Of a stretch of DNA of 64,000 nucleotides, positions 18,630-38,259 are shown in pieces. The translations under genes were made by a program, and so were the position numbers. Under the pieces are notes generated by a model that was not told where the DNA came from, did no database searches, and was given only the letters and a program-made list of their open reading frames with translations. This stretch comes from Paraspadella gotoi (lineage: Eukaryota; Animalia; Chaetognatha). The stretch spans positions 17,292,087 through 17,356,086 of the forward strand of contig CM119266.1 in assembly GCA_051294375.1 (NCBI GenBank). The letters are read 5' to 3'. Positions within the stretch are counted from its first letter, which is position 1. Each line of letters starts with the position of its first letter.

Positions 18630-19644
18630 GGATAAAGTATTGTAGCGCAGTCCGCCGAACGCACGACAAATGTGCAAGCGTTACAGGGTTATCCTTGATA
18701 AAAATGACCCGAATGAAATTGTTACAGTGATCTTTGGCGAACTTGACGTGGAAATTCATTAATTCTAGTAAAGAAATATAAATTGATGTCATTTTTGTAA
18801 AGATTTGACTTTTACAGAAGATTAATGAGAAAGCTTCGAAAGATTTATTAAATGAATAAAGTTGGAAAGGCCTTTTTTAATTTTTGTTTACTTTTACAAT
18901 ATATACAAGACTGTCTACCTATTTTATAGATTTAGGAGGAAAATCACTTTCTAGTTACGCTGCTTAAATAGATGATTAAAATATGTAATTCTGTTAAGCG
19001 TGTATTTGAAACAGTTAAAGCAGATTTAATTCGACCTAAAAAAAGCAAGGAATAAAAAAGGAATTAAAAATATGAGCGCAATTAGGTTCTAAGAATTATA
19101 ATATTTAAATCTACTACCGCTTTTTAGCTTTTTTTAAAGTCTTTGGAATGAATTTATAAACCACCATGCTTGTAAAATATAAATCATTAAAAATTTACAG
19201 TAAACAAAAAACAAAACAACTGTCCGAACTATAAGTTGGAAATGAGGTTTAATTGGAATAACATTTTGAAACATCTTAACCTGAAGATATTGCTAATATT
19301 GATAAAATCAGATAAAAAAGTATGTATTTTTTCTTGTTTCAATGTAAACAATCCAATGAAATAAAAAAAATTGAGCAGTCAAGTTATTGATCAACTTGAA
19401 TTTAAAAACTATAACTAAATTAAAAAGGTAAACGTGCAAAACGTGGAATTAATATATGAATAAGTTTCCTATGCAATCAACAAATTTCTTTGGTTGCTAT
19501 TTTTTTTTCTTTGTTCCTTCCTCCTTCGCTTCTTCTTCCCCTTCTCTCTTTCTCTTTCCTCCTCTCTTTCTTCCTCTCTTTTATTACATGAGTCTTTTCT
19601 TTCTCCTCTTCCCTCCTCTCCTCCCCTTCTCCCTCTCACCTCCC

Positions 19645-25054
<5,410 letters not shown>

Positions 25055-25935
25055 TTTTCTTCAGTTTTTTTTTCCGATTTTGAAATGAAAGTCAAATAAT
25101 TTTTTATTTCTCCTCTTTCAGTTCGAATCCCAAAAGAAAACAAAATTGGCTCGGTTTTCCAAAAGAGTCCGATAACATTTTTAAATCAGAATTAAAATGG
25201 TTTTCAGGTTTGAAAATTAAGCTAGACTTAAATATTGGGTTAAGAATTAGTCATAAATTTGGTTTAAGATGAGGGATAGTGATTAGGGTTTAAGATTATG
25301 AAAAGAATTTAAGGGTTAGGGTCTAAGAATTTAAAATTAGGAATTAGGGTTAAGGATTAAATTAAATATTTAATAAGATATTAAATTTTAAAGTTAAAAT
25401 TAGGCTAAGGAATTGGAAACAGAAATGAGCCGTTATTGAAAAATGGTTCCACATGATTTTTAACTTTGTTTTCTTTTTTACGTCAAAAATGATTTTTGTC
25501 TCAGGTATTCGTTACGCGTCAATCAATCCGTTACAAATTATTTATAAAAGAAATAATTTACTCCCATTGTTAAAGATATCTTGCCTCGTTTACTCATTTT
25601 TCGCCACTTTTAGGCCAATTCATTTTTACGGTCATATTTTCGCGGGCAGTTGTCTCCCGCCTCAATTGTCAGCGAAAGTACGAAATTGGCACAACCAATA
25701 CAAATTATCCATTCACTTAATAAATAGGTAAGGGTCTTAGTCTATAACGCACATATGCTTTAAGTATAAACATATAAACTAATAAGTAGTAAAAATCGGA
25801 AAAGTTTTTAAAAACGTATTGTTGTTACTCAATTACTCGACAAAATAAATATTTTACGACATTTTCTGATATTTATAACTTTTTTTTTCCCCTTTTAAAA
25901 TTCCCGTATCATAAAAGGATTTCTTTTTCGGAGAA

Positions 25936-26485
25936 CAGGGTAGTGATTCAAAACTTAGAAAATTCGTTTCACTTCTTCCTTTTTTTCTTTTATAATAAAA
26001 AAAAAATTAATTGAAGATTCTTAACCAGACATTGTTCTAACGATAATCATTGTTGCAAAAACCACTCCTGCCACAGAACCCAAAGGAATCACAGCTGCTC
26101 TTCATAAAGGCTTCTGAAAGATTGATTCATTGCTCAGAGTAGGTTAAAAGTCATATGGTACCCCCCTTTAAAACGCCCTACTTAGCACAGTTAAAGGGAA
26201 TTTGAAACTCTTTCTAGAATATTAGTTATTCCTATTCTTAATAACGTTCTTAATAATATAACATACTGCTAAGAAATGTTAACGTATTTTAGTAGTGGTT
26301 TTAAGCTGAAATCCGGCGCAGAGCAAATTCAACCAACGTTGCATTCTTCTCGGTACCATAGAGTATTGGGCAACCACGAAAAAAATAAAAACTATATTAG
26401 AAAGAGAAAATATCAGTAATTATTTTGATGTATTATAAAATAAAATTCGGTAGTTATTTGCCATGTGTTTTGAATCACTACCCTG
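25936..26485. mobile_element. Non-autonomous Tc1/mariner-type DNA element (MITE), 550 bp
   Basis: Perfect 19-bp terminal inverted repeats CAGGGTAGTGATTCAAAAC (25936) / GTTTTGAATCACTACCCTG (ends 26485). Right flank is TA; left flank reads AA. No transposase ORF. Confidence 0.78.
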
Positions 26486-26714
26486 TATAATAAAAGGTTT
26501 TTTCAACAAAGGAAGAATTTAAGCTAAAACATGATAATTTTTTTTTATTTTGTTAAATGTAACAAGGTTAAAGAATTGATAACAATTTATAATTATCGTG
26601 TTATAAATTTATTCTAAAAGAAAAAATAGTTTAGACGAAACAAAGAAAATAAAAGTTTGACTTTTTTTATCTGGTGAACCAAAAACATCGCGATGTCATT
26701 TTTGCGCTGATGAA

Positions 26715-26823
<109 letters not shown>

Positions 26824-27929
26824 TCCTCTCTCTTCCTCTCTCTCGTTCTCATGTTTCAGTTCTAAAAGTATTTTTCTGTTTTATCAATTTTGTTTCAACA
26901 CGGAAAATTTCTGAAAAACGATACGGTTCCCAAGGCCAAGAGTGTCCCAAGTCTAGGGATGAAATAATTTTTCTATTTTTACGTCCAATGAGCTCATATT
27001 TTAACGTAAAATAGTCTAAACGTAAGTCTATTAACCACTGGGTTAAATTTAAAAATCGTAAAATTCTAAACCACTTAATAAAAAGGTTTAAAGTGATAAT
27101 AATTAATATGAATCAAAATGAAAATATAAATCTAAATGGAAATATAATGAAAATATAAATCTATATAAAACATATAAATCAAAAAAATTTTAATCTAAAT
27201 AAAGAATATAGATATGAACTTAAATTCTAAATTTGGTTTAAATTCATTTGAATCGATACGGTATACAAAGATATCGATCTAAATCAACAAGAATTCATCA
27301 AATAAACATGATTTAGTATCTAGACATAAAAGGATAAATCATATAATGTTCTTATTAGCCTCATTCATGAAGAAAAAAGTTTCCTATCCTAAGAAAAACA
27401 TAAACTGAATTAAATATAATTTTTGACTTTTCTTAAACTTCAGGTATTATCCTTCAAAGACTGTTTGCCATAGTAACTTCATATTTAAAGCGTGATCTTC
27501 TATGCTATAGCCTGCCACGGAAGAAGCATCTTCAGTTCAAGTTTTGAATTCTCAGCCTAAAAATTCGATCTGGAACATTTCGAACTATTAAGGCGTTTTC
27601 GATACTGTTCAATGAACAGTATCGAACAGTATCTAGAGCATTGAAAAGTAAAAAAAAATGAGATATTGGATTTCATTCATCGCGATTTTACTGTTATCAT
27701 GTCTGTAGACTTCAATGGTGATAATGAATTTTTTTCATGAAAACGTTTTGTTTGTCGCCCGAAGCGATTTTTGGAGCTTGCTTGATGCAAAAAAATTAAG
27801 AGAAAACTAAAAAAAATAGTGTGGGTCCGAGCTTTAGTTTATAGGAAAAATAACGATAAATAAATAGATAAATAAATAAATAAATAAATAAATATAAATA
27901 TTTGTGTTTTGGAAGAGTGTGTGTGTGGT

Positions 27930-28023
<94 letters not shown>

Positions 28024-28090
28024 ACGATCGATTTGACCTGATGACAGCGATCGAAAGCATGAAGAGAGAGAGAAAGAATTAAAAAGCCAG

Positions 28091-28130
<40 letters not shown>

Positions 28131-28270
28131 CTTGACCGCATGCAGTGGAGGAAGCTGAAGTTGAAGGCTCTGATGAAAGTTGACACTTGACATCAAGATG
28201 GCGACGACTAAGAAAAAGGTTTCTCATATTTGGGCTAACTTCTCAGAAACTATCGGGCCTTCTAAACCAC

Positions 28271-28490
28271 TCATCAGCGGCCATTAGTGCCGGAGGCTCG
28301 TCATTCGCCTCCCAACCCAAAGGTCCGGGCTTTTAGTCCGGTTGGTCGCCTAGCAGTTAAGAGGGACGGGGCACTTAAGCCGCCTGTAACACGGTGTTAC
28401 AGCCTGATCCGAAGCTCAGGGACTGCTTAAAAAAGTGCTTATATTAAACGATTCTGTCACTAACACCTCACAATAATTGCTGTCTCTTCA
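28271..28490 (+). mobile_element. tRNA-derived SINE family B
   Basis: Highly similar to 63741-63915. tRNA-like head (TAGTGCCGGAGG..GCCTCCCAACCCAAAGGTCCGGG), then hairpins CTGTAACAC-G-GTGTTACAG and CCTGA-TCCGAAGC-TCAGG. Confidence 0.7.
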
Positions 28491-29157
28491 TTAGATTAAT
28501 TTCTATCTTTTTTATAATCCGTCTTATAGATTCAACATCTTGGCGCCACTAAACGAAGAAAAAGTAAACTAAAATCCTACTACAAAAGACTTTTATGTCT
28601 CGTACTCGTTTCGACGGGCAATCCTAAAAAAGCCAATTAAAAAACTATCATTCTTTATTTTTTTTATCTTTTTACCCTAAAATGTATTTATTTATTTAAT
28701 TTTTTTTTAAATTAATCTGAAACTGGCCAGTGAAATTTACAATAGGAAAGAAGAAAGTATCATCGAATCACCGAAAGCAGCCGAAGCAGCGGAGCAGCTG
28801 AGCAGCGGCGAAAGTAAGGAAAATGGAAGAAGGGATTTTACAAAATGAATAGTGAGCAAGAATAAGTTAAAAAGTGAGGTTAGGGTGAGAGAAAACAGAG
28901 ACGAAGACCCAAAATGCAAAGATAGAGGGAAGAGAAGAGAAGATAATGTGAATAAAGGAATGAAGTAATTGTGGAAATGAATGAATGAATGAATGAATGA
29001 ATGAATAATCGTATCAATAACTAATTAACTATATATTTGAGCGATGATTGTTTTACTGAACGATATATATATATATATGAACCTGAATGAGTTGTTTTTT
29101 TAAAAAATCAATACATTCAATAACCATACCAATTAATAAACCTCCTTACTGCGCGCT

Positions 29158-29197
<40 letters not shown>

Positions 29198-29201
<4 letters not shown>

Positions 29202-32200
29202 GTCTCTCAGTCTCTGTCTCGTGCGACGGCGTGACGTCGACAGTCAACACCGACGACGATTTCCGCGTCGAGAGCAACGAAGTCGCCGATGCCTTTTTGT
29301 CTTCGGAGTCGAGAGACATCTTCAAGTCGGAATTCGAACTTTTGGTCTTTGGAAGAAAAAAGACTCATTGGCAGTTGGGATGTTTGACTTGTCCGCAGGA
29401 GGAGGGGCAGATGTCGGGTAAGGGGATTAGTGATGCGGCGTGAAATGATTCATGCTTTAATATCCTTTTTAGCTAAAATGAATTTTGAATAGCAATTAGA
29501 GAACAATTTTAATTGTCATTTAGAATAACTCTCGTCGTTATTATTAGTTTTCAGGTTTTGCCTCTTGTTATTCCTTTTTCCCCTTTTGTTTTGTTTTCCA
29601 TTCAGGTCATTTTCTCATGATCCTTCATTGCGAGTTCGTTGAACCCGGGTTATCAGGAATTCTTTGGGTCAAATGTCTTTTTACTCTAACCAACAACAAA
29701 GGTGAGGTTTTCAAATTTCTTATCTTTTCCATCTTTTCATTTTTTTCGTTTCATTCTTTTAAGATGCAATTTTCTTTTTCCCCCCTTATCAGTTTATAAT
29801 TTTATCTCCTTTTTCCCTTTCTCTTTACTTCATTTTCTTTCCTCTCTCACTGCTCTCATTTTCCTATCTTCTCTCCTTGCCCCCACGCTTTCTCTCTCCT
29901 TTCTCATTCTATCCTATTCCCCCCATTTATCTAACTGTTTCCATTTTTCATTTTCGCGAAGAAACTTTTTTCGTGAAGATTCATCAACGGACTTTTACTG
30001 ATTTTGAATGATAATTTGTTTTTTTCATTCATTGATTATTCATTGAATATTATTCATCATTTGTTTTCTCCTACATCTATCATCTTTCCCCTTTTTTTCT
30101 CCTTTGCACATTTCTCTTTCCCCTTCTACCCTCCTCAATGAGGAGTCCTCATCCTCCTTTCTCTTTCCCCTTCTACCCTCCTCAATGAGGATTGAGGAGT
30201 CCTCATCCTCCTTTCTTTCCATCTCCTCCATTCCCCGCTCTCCATTCCACTCCCTTTTTCCCTCTAGGCTTCGAGTACGAGACCTACTTTGCCGAAATGA
30301 GCAAACGACCGGACGCCGACACATGTAGCATCATTATGGACGATTTCATTAGCCCAGAGACGATCAAGAAACTTCAGGTGACCGCGATGATAGTCAAATA
30401 AATTTTAATATTAATTAGAATAGAATTAAACGAATTAGTGTGTGAATAACAGTTATTTTATTTATTTCGTTCCGAATATTGCATGACTGAATTTATATAT
30501 AAAATATTAAATTTCAGTGAAAGATTTTGATAATCCTAACCCTAAACCTTAACTCTAATCCTTAACCAAATCTGAGACAGACTCTAACCTAATCACTAAA
30601 CTATATTTTATAACCACTCTTAACCCAATCTTTAAATCTTTAAATATTTTATTGATTTTAAATTGAAAGGGGGCACTTTCGGAAAGTATGGCTCAGATTT
30701 TTTAAAACTTTTTCTTCAGGATCTAAAATCCGGCGAGAGACTCATGATTCGCTGCGACTTCGAAACGAGGAGAGGTGCGTCGGTCTTCATCGAAGGGGCC
30801 GTGGCACGGATGTTGGACAAGCAAATCTTTCAAGGTTTTATGCTTGCTCGATGCTTTCTTTGGGGATCGGCTGTGCTCATCTGAGTTGCGAAAGCTGCTT
30901 GGGTCGTGAATGATCGTAAACGGGTCTAGTTTTTTCGAGGCTTTTTTTAGGTAACGTTTGATGACAAAGAGCATTATTTCAAAGCTGTCTTCAGTAACGC
31001 TGCTTGATGACTGGTACTCTCTCACTTTAGCCAAGCTGCTAAGCGAAGCTCCCTTCTCGTAACCTATGCCTTAAGCGAGACAAACTGCTTGACAACAATT
31101 CATATCTTTCCCTCCCCTGAAACAATCTGATTGGTGCCGATTTCCTCCAGATTTAACTCTCGTGTCCACAATCGACCGCGAAGAACATAAGTGTCATCGG
31201 GCGCTGCTCGCCGCCCACTCCCCTGTATTTCAGGTAATTTCAGGGACATTTTTAAGAATTTTTCGCGGTATATTAGGGCATTTTAATCGCATTTTTAAGT
31301 GCATTTAGAGTATCTTTGAGAATTATAAAATCCAAAAGCAATTTTTTAAGAATTTTTTGGCGGTATATTAAGGTATTTTAATCGCATTTTTAAGTGCATT
31401 TAGAGTATCTTTGAGAATTATAAAATCCAAAAGCAATTTTTTAAGAATTTTTTGCGGTATATTAGGGCATTTTAATCGCATTTTTAAGTGCATTTAGAGT
31501 ATCTTTGAGAATTATAAAATCCAAAAGCAAATTTTTTGAAGCAACGAAACAAGTCAAAGCAAAGAAATAATCTAGTTATAATTTTTTATAATACTTATTT
31601 GTTATATAATATAATACGTAATCCTCTGTGAATGAAAAATTTGATTTTACCATTTTCACGTGAGACTCTCGCGTTTTTCCCTGCAGGCCGCCTTAGAGAA
31701 TGATAAGAAAGCGGAACGTTTAGAGCTGGAACTTAAAGGCAGGAGAAAGAACTTTTAAGAATATAAAATTCAATTGGTGTATAAATAATAATAAATTCGC
31801 AATTAGATATACCTATCATAGTGAAACAAGTCGTAACATCTTCACATTTTTTTTAAATATACTCCAAAGCCATCTGGGTATTCTTTAAACTTCTACTTAT
31901 TCGCATATTAATTTTAAAATGTCAAATGATAAATTTTAAAAAACTGTAATTTCAAAAACGAAAAGTTGACCTCATGATTTCATTGTCGACCTCCCTCGCT
32001 CTTTAAAAGGATCGAGCATTCGAGCCATCGTCGTCTACCTATACAAAGGCTGCATGTGCAATAATCCGTCGGTCGCGCTTGACCTCTTCCAAACAGCGGC
32101 CAAGCATCAGATCTTGGGTCTGGTCCAACTCTGTCTCGATGTCATGATAGATGACATTTCCACCGAGAATTTCGGTCAAGTTCTCATTATGGGTGAAGAA

Positions 32201-33089
32201 AAAAGGATTCGTTGGAAAATGATTATAGTCGCGCCGCGCGTTTAACTTAAAGTCGCTTTTTGGTCGGATCTGTCTCTCTCGCATAGATTTTAAATGACTA
32301 TATAATAGTATATATAACATGAGAGAGCAATATATATTTGTTTAAATAATATAGATTAAATACTAAATCCTTCATAAAATATAAAAATAGAAAATAGTGA
32401 AACAAGTAATTTGCAAATTTTCATGAAAATTCTATTATTATATTCGATTTATTTATGTTAATTAGGTATTTGCTATTAAAAGAATATATTTTATTGTAAA
32501 GTTATTACGTGGTTACATAAAGAACTTTATATTTAATGTCATTGTTTATGTTCATTTTCAGTTCCGATCCATGTCACAGTGAGAACCATCGAATTGGAAT
32601 CAAATAGACTCAATAACGCCTGTTGCAATTTCTTCACCAAGTAAAAATGTCTTTTTTGGTTGTTTTGTTGTTTTTTTTTTTGTTGGTGTATTTTTAACTT
32701 TCTTTTCTATTAATTTCTTTAAATTTTTAGATTTTTTTCTATATCAACTTTTAACGAAAAATTGTATATAAAAGGGTTTTATTTCGTAAGGATTAGGAAC
32801 TATTTGGCAATTTACAAAATTTACTAAATGAATAATTCCATTCAATTTTTTAACAAAATCTAAAAGATTAAAAGCATTAAAAAAAATAAATAAACAGAAA
32901 AAGAGATTTAAATATTTGGTCAATAAAATAATTAATTCTGGCCAAATTTTGGGCGACAGAAATTGCGAAGAAATCTACGCGTCCAGCAGCTGGAAAAAGT
33001 TGGAAGAAGAAAAACCCGAACTAACTTACCAATTTCTGAAACAATGTTTCGCTTGGAAGAAAAAGAAAGAGATGACAATTGAGGAATGA
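29198..33089 (+). CDS. BTB/POZ domain protein with MATH-like N-terminus (SPOP-like Cullin-3 adaptor)
   Basis: Exons 29198-29417, 29606-29701, 30269-30377, 30720-30834, 31151-31233, 31687-31738 (GC donor), 32010-32192, 32562-32640, 32960-33089. BTB motifs DLTLV..HKCHRALLAAHSPVFQ, IVVYLYKG, AAKHQILGLVQLC, ISTENF; C-terminal WKKLEEEKPEL. Confidence 0.85.
31249..31535 (+). repeat. Three tandem ~96-bp copies in a BTB-gene intron
   Basis: GCGGTATATTAGGGCATTTTAATCGCATTTTTAAGTGCATTTAGAGTATCTTTGAGAATTATAAAATCCAAAAGCAA repeated three times, nearly identically. Confidence 0.9.
32327..32430 (+). repeat. AT-rich interspersed repeat, inverted relative to the copy at ~61610-61727 (partial at ~53380-53437)
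   Basis: ATAGATTAAATACTAAATCCTTCATAAAA..GAAACAAGTAATTTGCAAATTTTCATG is the reverse complement of sequence in ODC intron 1. Confidence 0.65.
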
Positions 33090-33383
33090 TAAACCGAGTT
33101 CCGCGGCGGAGTTACTTACTCATTACTTACCATGATGTTCTTTTGCTTAGTTTTGATCCCTGAAAATATACATCTATAAAGTAATAAGTCTTTTTCTTTT
33201 CGTTTTTTTCGATTGGAATTTTATAGCAGAGTCAGGCTGACAATAATAACTCAAAAGTAAATTACAGAATAATAGTAATTGTAATCGAAATTTAAATATG
33301 AAATGTCAATTCATTTATATAATAGCAATGTGGACTATACAAAAAATGTAACAATACTGTAGCTGTCCAATGTCCATTCATCC

Positions 33384-33425
<42 letters not shown>

Positions 33426-33456
33426 TCTCTCTCTCCCGTCTCCACAACAGCAACCG

Positions 33457-36400
33457 TCACATCTTCTCGAGCTCCATTTCCAGCACTCTTCCCCATTCGT
33501 TCGTCGACAGCGGCGTCGGGTGAGTAAACTCAAAAGGAAGGTTCTGATTGACTGGAGCTCGTTCGTGATTGAGTCTTTCATTGGACGAATCTTGACCTAT
33601 GAGTTTCCAGCTTCCTTCTTTCCATTTTTGGACGCAAACGAGACGTTGAAATTTCGTAGAGACGAGAGAAGCTGCGAGGAAAAAAAAGAAAATCAAGTAT
33701 TAGATATTCTACAAATATAGGAAGCCGCTATAGAAAAAGAAGCCAGTAACTTTTTTCTTAGTATTTTTGTATCGATAGATGTGGAATGACGGGAATATTG
33801 TAAATCTCAAGTTTCGCTTTAATCGGACCTCACATTGTGGAAAAATCTTAGGAAACCCAACAAAATTCCACCCCTTTTTTTCAACATTCTCCCTTTTAAG
33901 ATTTTCGCTGATTCTGACTTCCTCTTACAAAACTTATAATTCCGCTAGTTAATTTTTTTTTCTTAAACGAGCGAAGGGAATCCACAACTTTCTGTTATTT
34001 TATGATTCTGGGTAAAAAATATAATAAATTACATTAACATTGGATATTATGAAAGTATAATGCAGAGATGTGGAAGCGATCGATTTTTCCGCCGCTGCCA
34101 ATCCGGCGCTTCCAAGACCCCTCCCGCCTCCCGTTTTCGGGTGCAATCCTTACTTTTTTAGCCCGGATCGCTTTCGGTTTCGAGTGCACATCGCTTCCTT
34201 CTTTTAGAAATTTTATATTTGTTTATTATTTATAAAAATACTCTCTTTAGACATGTAATTCATTGGTAGAATAATTTTAAACAATCTTTTTTGTTAATAA
34301 ATAACAAGTGAAATTTTTACTATTGAAAAATTGTAAGATTTGTAAGATTGTAAAAATTGTTCGAGTGGAAATGAGTTTAAATGAAAAAAAACAACAAACC
34401 TTTTTCCCTATTTGCGCTTTTTCTTTTTTTATTAAAATATAAATACAAAGCTGCATTAATTATTCAATTGATCAAAATTAATTCAATCAATCAATCAACT
34501 AAACAACTAATCAATCAAAATCACTTAAAAATTAATGAATCAATTTTTTTATCAATCAAATTAAATAATCAATTAATTTATCAATCAACTAATTAATAAA
34601 TTTATTTATCAATAAATTATAAAAGAACTAATTAATTAATTAATCAATCAATTAATCAATCAATTAAACAATGTCAGTGACCTGACAAAAAGACCTAAAA
34701 ATTAACAGGCCTGATATGAATTTATTTTATTTATCAATCAATCATTCAAAAATCATGATGGTGCTATCCTCGTTGTTATCATAATCATCATCAGGGTCGT
34801 CATTTCTTTTGTCATAATGAAAAGACAAAAAAACAAACAAGTTTGAGCTAACAATGCCAGAACTGATCAATTAATTAATTATTCAATCAATTAATCAAAT
34901 ATTCAATCAATCAATCAAAAAATTAAGCAATCAATCAATTTGTCATCGTCAGGTATTATCATTGTCGTGGTTGCCATCATTAATTATTTAATTAATTAAA
35001 CTCCTTTATCTTTGTTGTACATTGCAAAACTGTATCTTTATCATTTATTTATCCTTGTTGTTTTGTTTCTCTCTCACTCTCTCTCTCTCTTTAACAAGTT
35101 TTACTTCTTTTCACAACTCACTCAATCTGGCTGTTAAAGAGTTTATAAAGATTTTTATCTGAATTGAGCCCTGACCTTTTATTTTTTAATGGTTCAAATA
35201 TCTGAGTTTAAAGTTTATTGAATGACTCAATAGTTCTGTTTAATGTCTCTAATTGGTTGAATTTTATACCTTGAATTTGAATATCTGGTCTCTCATTGGT
35301 TAATAATAACTAGTAGATGTTTTGATCTTATTCTTAAAATGTGAATTCTTCTCTCATTGGTTGTAATAATTGTGTCCTTGTATATAAAAGGAGAGTAAAT
35401 TCTTAATTTTTGGGAGATCCTCTGAGACCATCAGGTATTAAATGATATTTGTGAAAATTATTTGAATATATGGTAATTAATTTTAAGCTTTATTGTAGCT
35501 TTGAGGCTGTTGCTGCGTCTCGGCTCTGCTGCTACTGATGCTGCGTCTCGGTTCTGTTGCTGCATCTCGGTTCTACTGCTACTGTTTGCTGCGTATCGGC
35601 TCTACTGCTGCTGCTGTATTTTGGTTCTCTGTCATTCTGATGCACTTTTTTTCAATGATTATTGGATATTGAATACTTAATAAAGTCATTATTCTATTTT
35701 TATCTTTTGATATATGGATTGGGTTAATATTAATCGAGATTAAGCACTGCTCAAACAATGTTCTCATCTGAAACTGAGAAACCCCCCAAGGAATCTTTCT
35801 CACTGGCCTTACCTTCAACCTGTCCTCACATCTGACCACTATTCTGTCTCACCACTTTGTTGGGAAAACTTTTACCTTCTCTCTTTCTTTCTCTCTCTCA
35901 CACTCTTCTTTTACACAAATATTATTTGAATGTCATATGCTGATGAAGGCTTGAAGTAAAAAGCCGAAACATGTCCAATTATTAATTAAAAATCGTTGTT
36001 ACAAATTCAAAATTCTTTGCTTTCTCTAATTAATTAATTGAAATATTTTTATAATGTTTGCGGTGACTCAAAACAAAATTTATAGAAAATTTTAGGCGTG
36101 TTTTTTGTGATAAAGAAAACCTGGTATTATCAAAACAGTAAAAGTAAAAATGATAAAAAATAATAACAACAACAACTAATATTTACATTGGCTGAGAAAA
36201 AGGTCAGCCATAACAAGATTGGGTAAAAACAGGTCATTCTTATTGACCACTACTGTACTACAGCTCACAAAGTACAAAGACTTTGTCGTCGTTTTCATCA
36301 TTGTATTCATCGTCGTTGTCGTCTTTGTTCAAATCATTTGAGCTCCCAAATGTTCGATGTTATTATTTTAATTAATTATATGTAATTAATTAAATAATTT

Positions 36401-38221
36401 ATTTTTTTCAATTAATTAATCAATTAATTACCGCTAATGATCGTGGGCAGATCCGGCATTGTTTGCTCAAACTTGTTATTAATAATTTTGATTTATTTAT
36501 TTTATATAATTTTTTTTATTTGCTTTTTTGTTCAGTGCAAGAGGGGAAAAAAAAGAAGATAGAGAGAGAGTGTGTGTTAGAGATTTAAGTATGTATAAGC
36601 ATAATATTATGCAATATTGCCAATAAAACAGATAAATCCTTTTGGTTTAAACTTGTTTGTAACATGAAAAACGTTTATGATATTTAAAAAAAAGGAGACT
36701 TAAATTTAGATTTATTTGAATATATTAAAAAGAATAATTAAAAAAATAAATATGTAATTTTTTTTCATAGATTCTCGACCAAAGAGGAAAAGAGAATAAA
36801 AGAGAACAAAAAATAAAAGAAGAGAAAAGAAAAAGTGAATAAAAAATTAGGAGCAAACAATTTTAAATGTTGAAAATAAATATTGAAAACAAATTTTTAA
36901 AAGAAAAATCAAGAAAGAGCAGGGGTTGCAAAGATTTTAATACATTAAATACCTTTCATTTCTAACCAATAAAAACAAATGACCAGGAAGCGAACACGCA
37001 GGGTTATTATAGCTTCCGGTTCAATCCTCTATTCTCAATTTTTTTATTGCTCCCGGTTTCGGGTTCTTCAAAAATCGGCCGCTTCCAGTGTTCGGTTTCG
37101 CTTTCCGGATCGCGTTCACATCTCTGGTATAATGTCTTGTGAAGCCTGTGAGAGTTAAATAATTAAAAAATTCGCCTATTTTATTATTGAAAAATGACAG
37201 TAAAGTGAAGAAGTTGAATGTCTTCCGGCTCATTTCAGTAAACATCCCTGTTCTCTAGCATAAAATAATGTTTACTTTTGCTGGTAGAAAAGAGAGATAA
37301 ATACTTAGGCTGTGATGGGGTGAATAATATTTTGTAGAATTTTGTAAGCATGCTTGTAAAATCAGACAAGCAAATATTTAAGTGACAAAAAATTCACAAT
37401 TTCTTTATCCAAAAAACTTTAAAGTTTTACTAGAGTACAATTTAGCCTTTTTTCTTTCAGAATCATTAATAAAAGAATTAAATTTTCATTTATTCTTATG
37501 GGGTGTCATTAGTTTTAAAATTCATTATAAATTTTGACTTAGTTTGACACTCACCCTGTAAGGAGGTTTCAGCATAAGTAATTCTAAAATTGTATCTTGT
37601 ATGTGCCCTATAGATTATGGCTTCATTTTGGTACTATTACCCTCCCTTTATCTTTATTCCTTTAAAATATATTAGGAAAAATCAGTTTTTTTCTCAACCT
37701 TCCTTTTAATTTCTTAAATAAAAATTTCGTGATTCAAACCGGACTATTTCATTTAGACTTGATCATTTTATGTCAAAATCATTATAAAATGAAAAAAGAA
37801 AAAATAGGACAAGCTCTTCAGACACGAAGCTATCAGAATCGCGAAATTCGAAGTCGCTCATGTAACAGGAACAAATAGCAATCCCGTTTGCAATTTTAAG
37901 TTTGTAAACTTTCCCTTTCATTTCTATAGTAAAAAATGAGGTTTGAAAATTCTCCGGAGATGAGTAGTGCATTTCCCCTGGCTTGTTTGATATTAAATCC
38001 TTTATCAAATGCCAAAACGAATAGGACAAGCTCTTCAGATGTAACACTCTCGGAATCGTGAGTTTTTACAAGTGTTTTTTAACCGAATTTCTGGCAAACG
38101 CGTTTGCAATTTGGGTAGTCAGATTTGAAACGAATTCTCTATTTAGAAAAATGTTGAATTTTTTTTAAGCGAGATTCTCGTCTAACAAATACCTCGGACT
38201 TCGGTCGCTATTTTTTATCTA

Positions 38222-38259
<38 letters not shown>

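Noticed and set aside
28271-28350. Functional tRNA gene
   Set aside because: Stems pair poorly and the sequence continues into a body shared with 63741-63915, so it is a SINE head.
31249-31535. CRISPR-like array
   Set aside because: Contiguous ~96-bp tandem units with no unique spacers, inside a eukaryotic intron.
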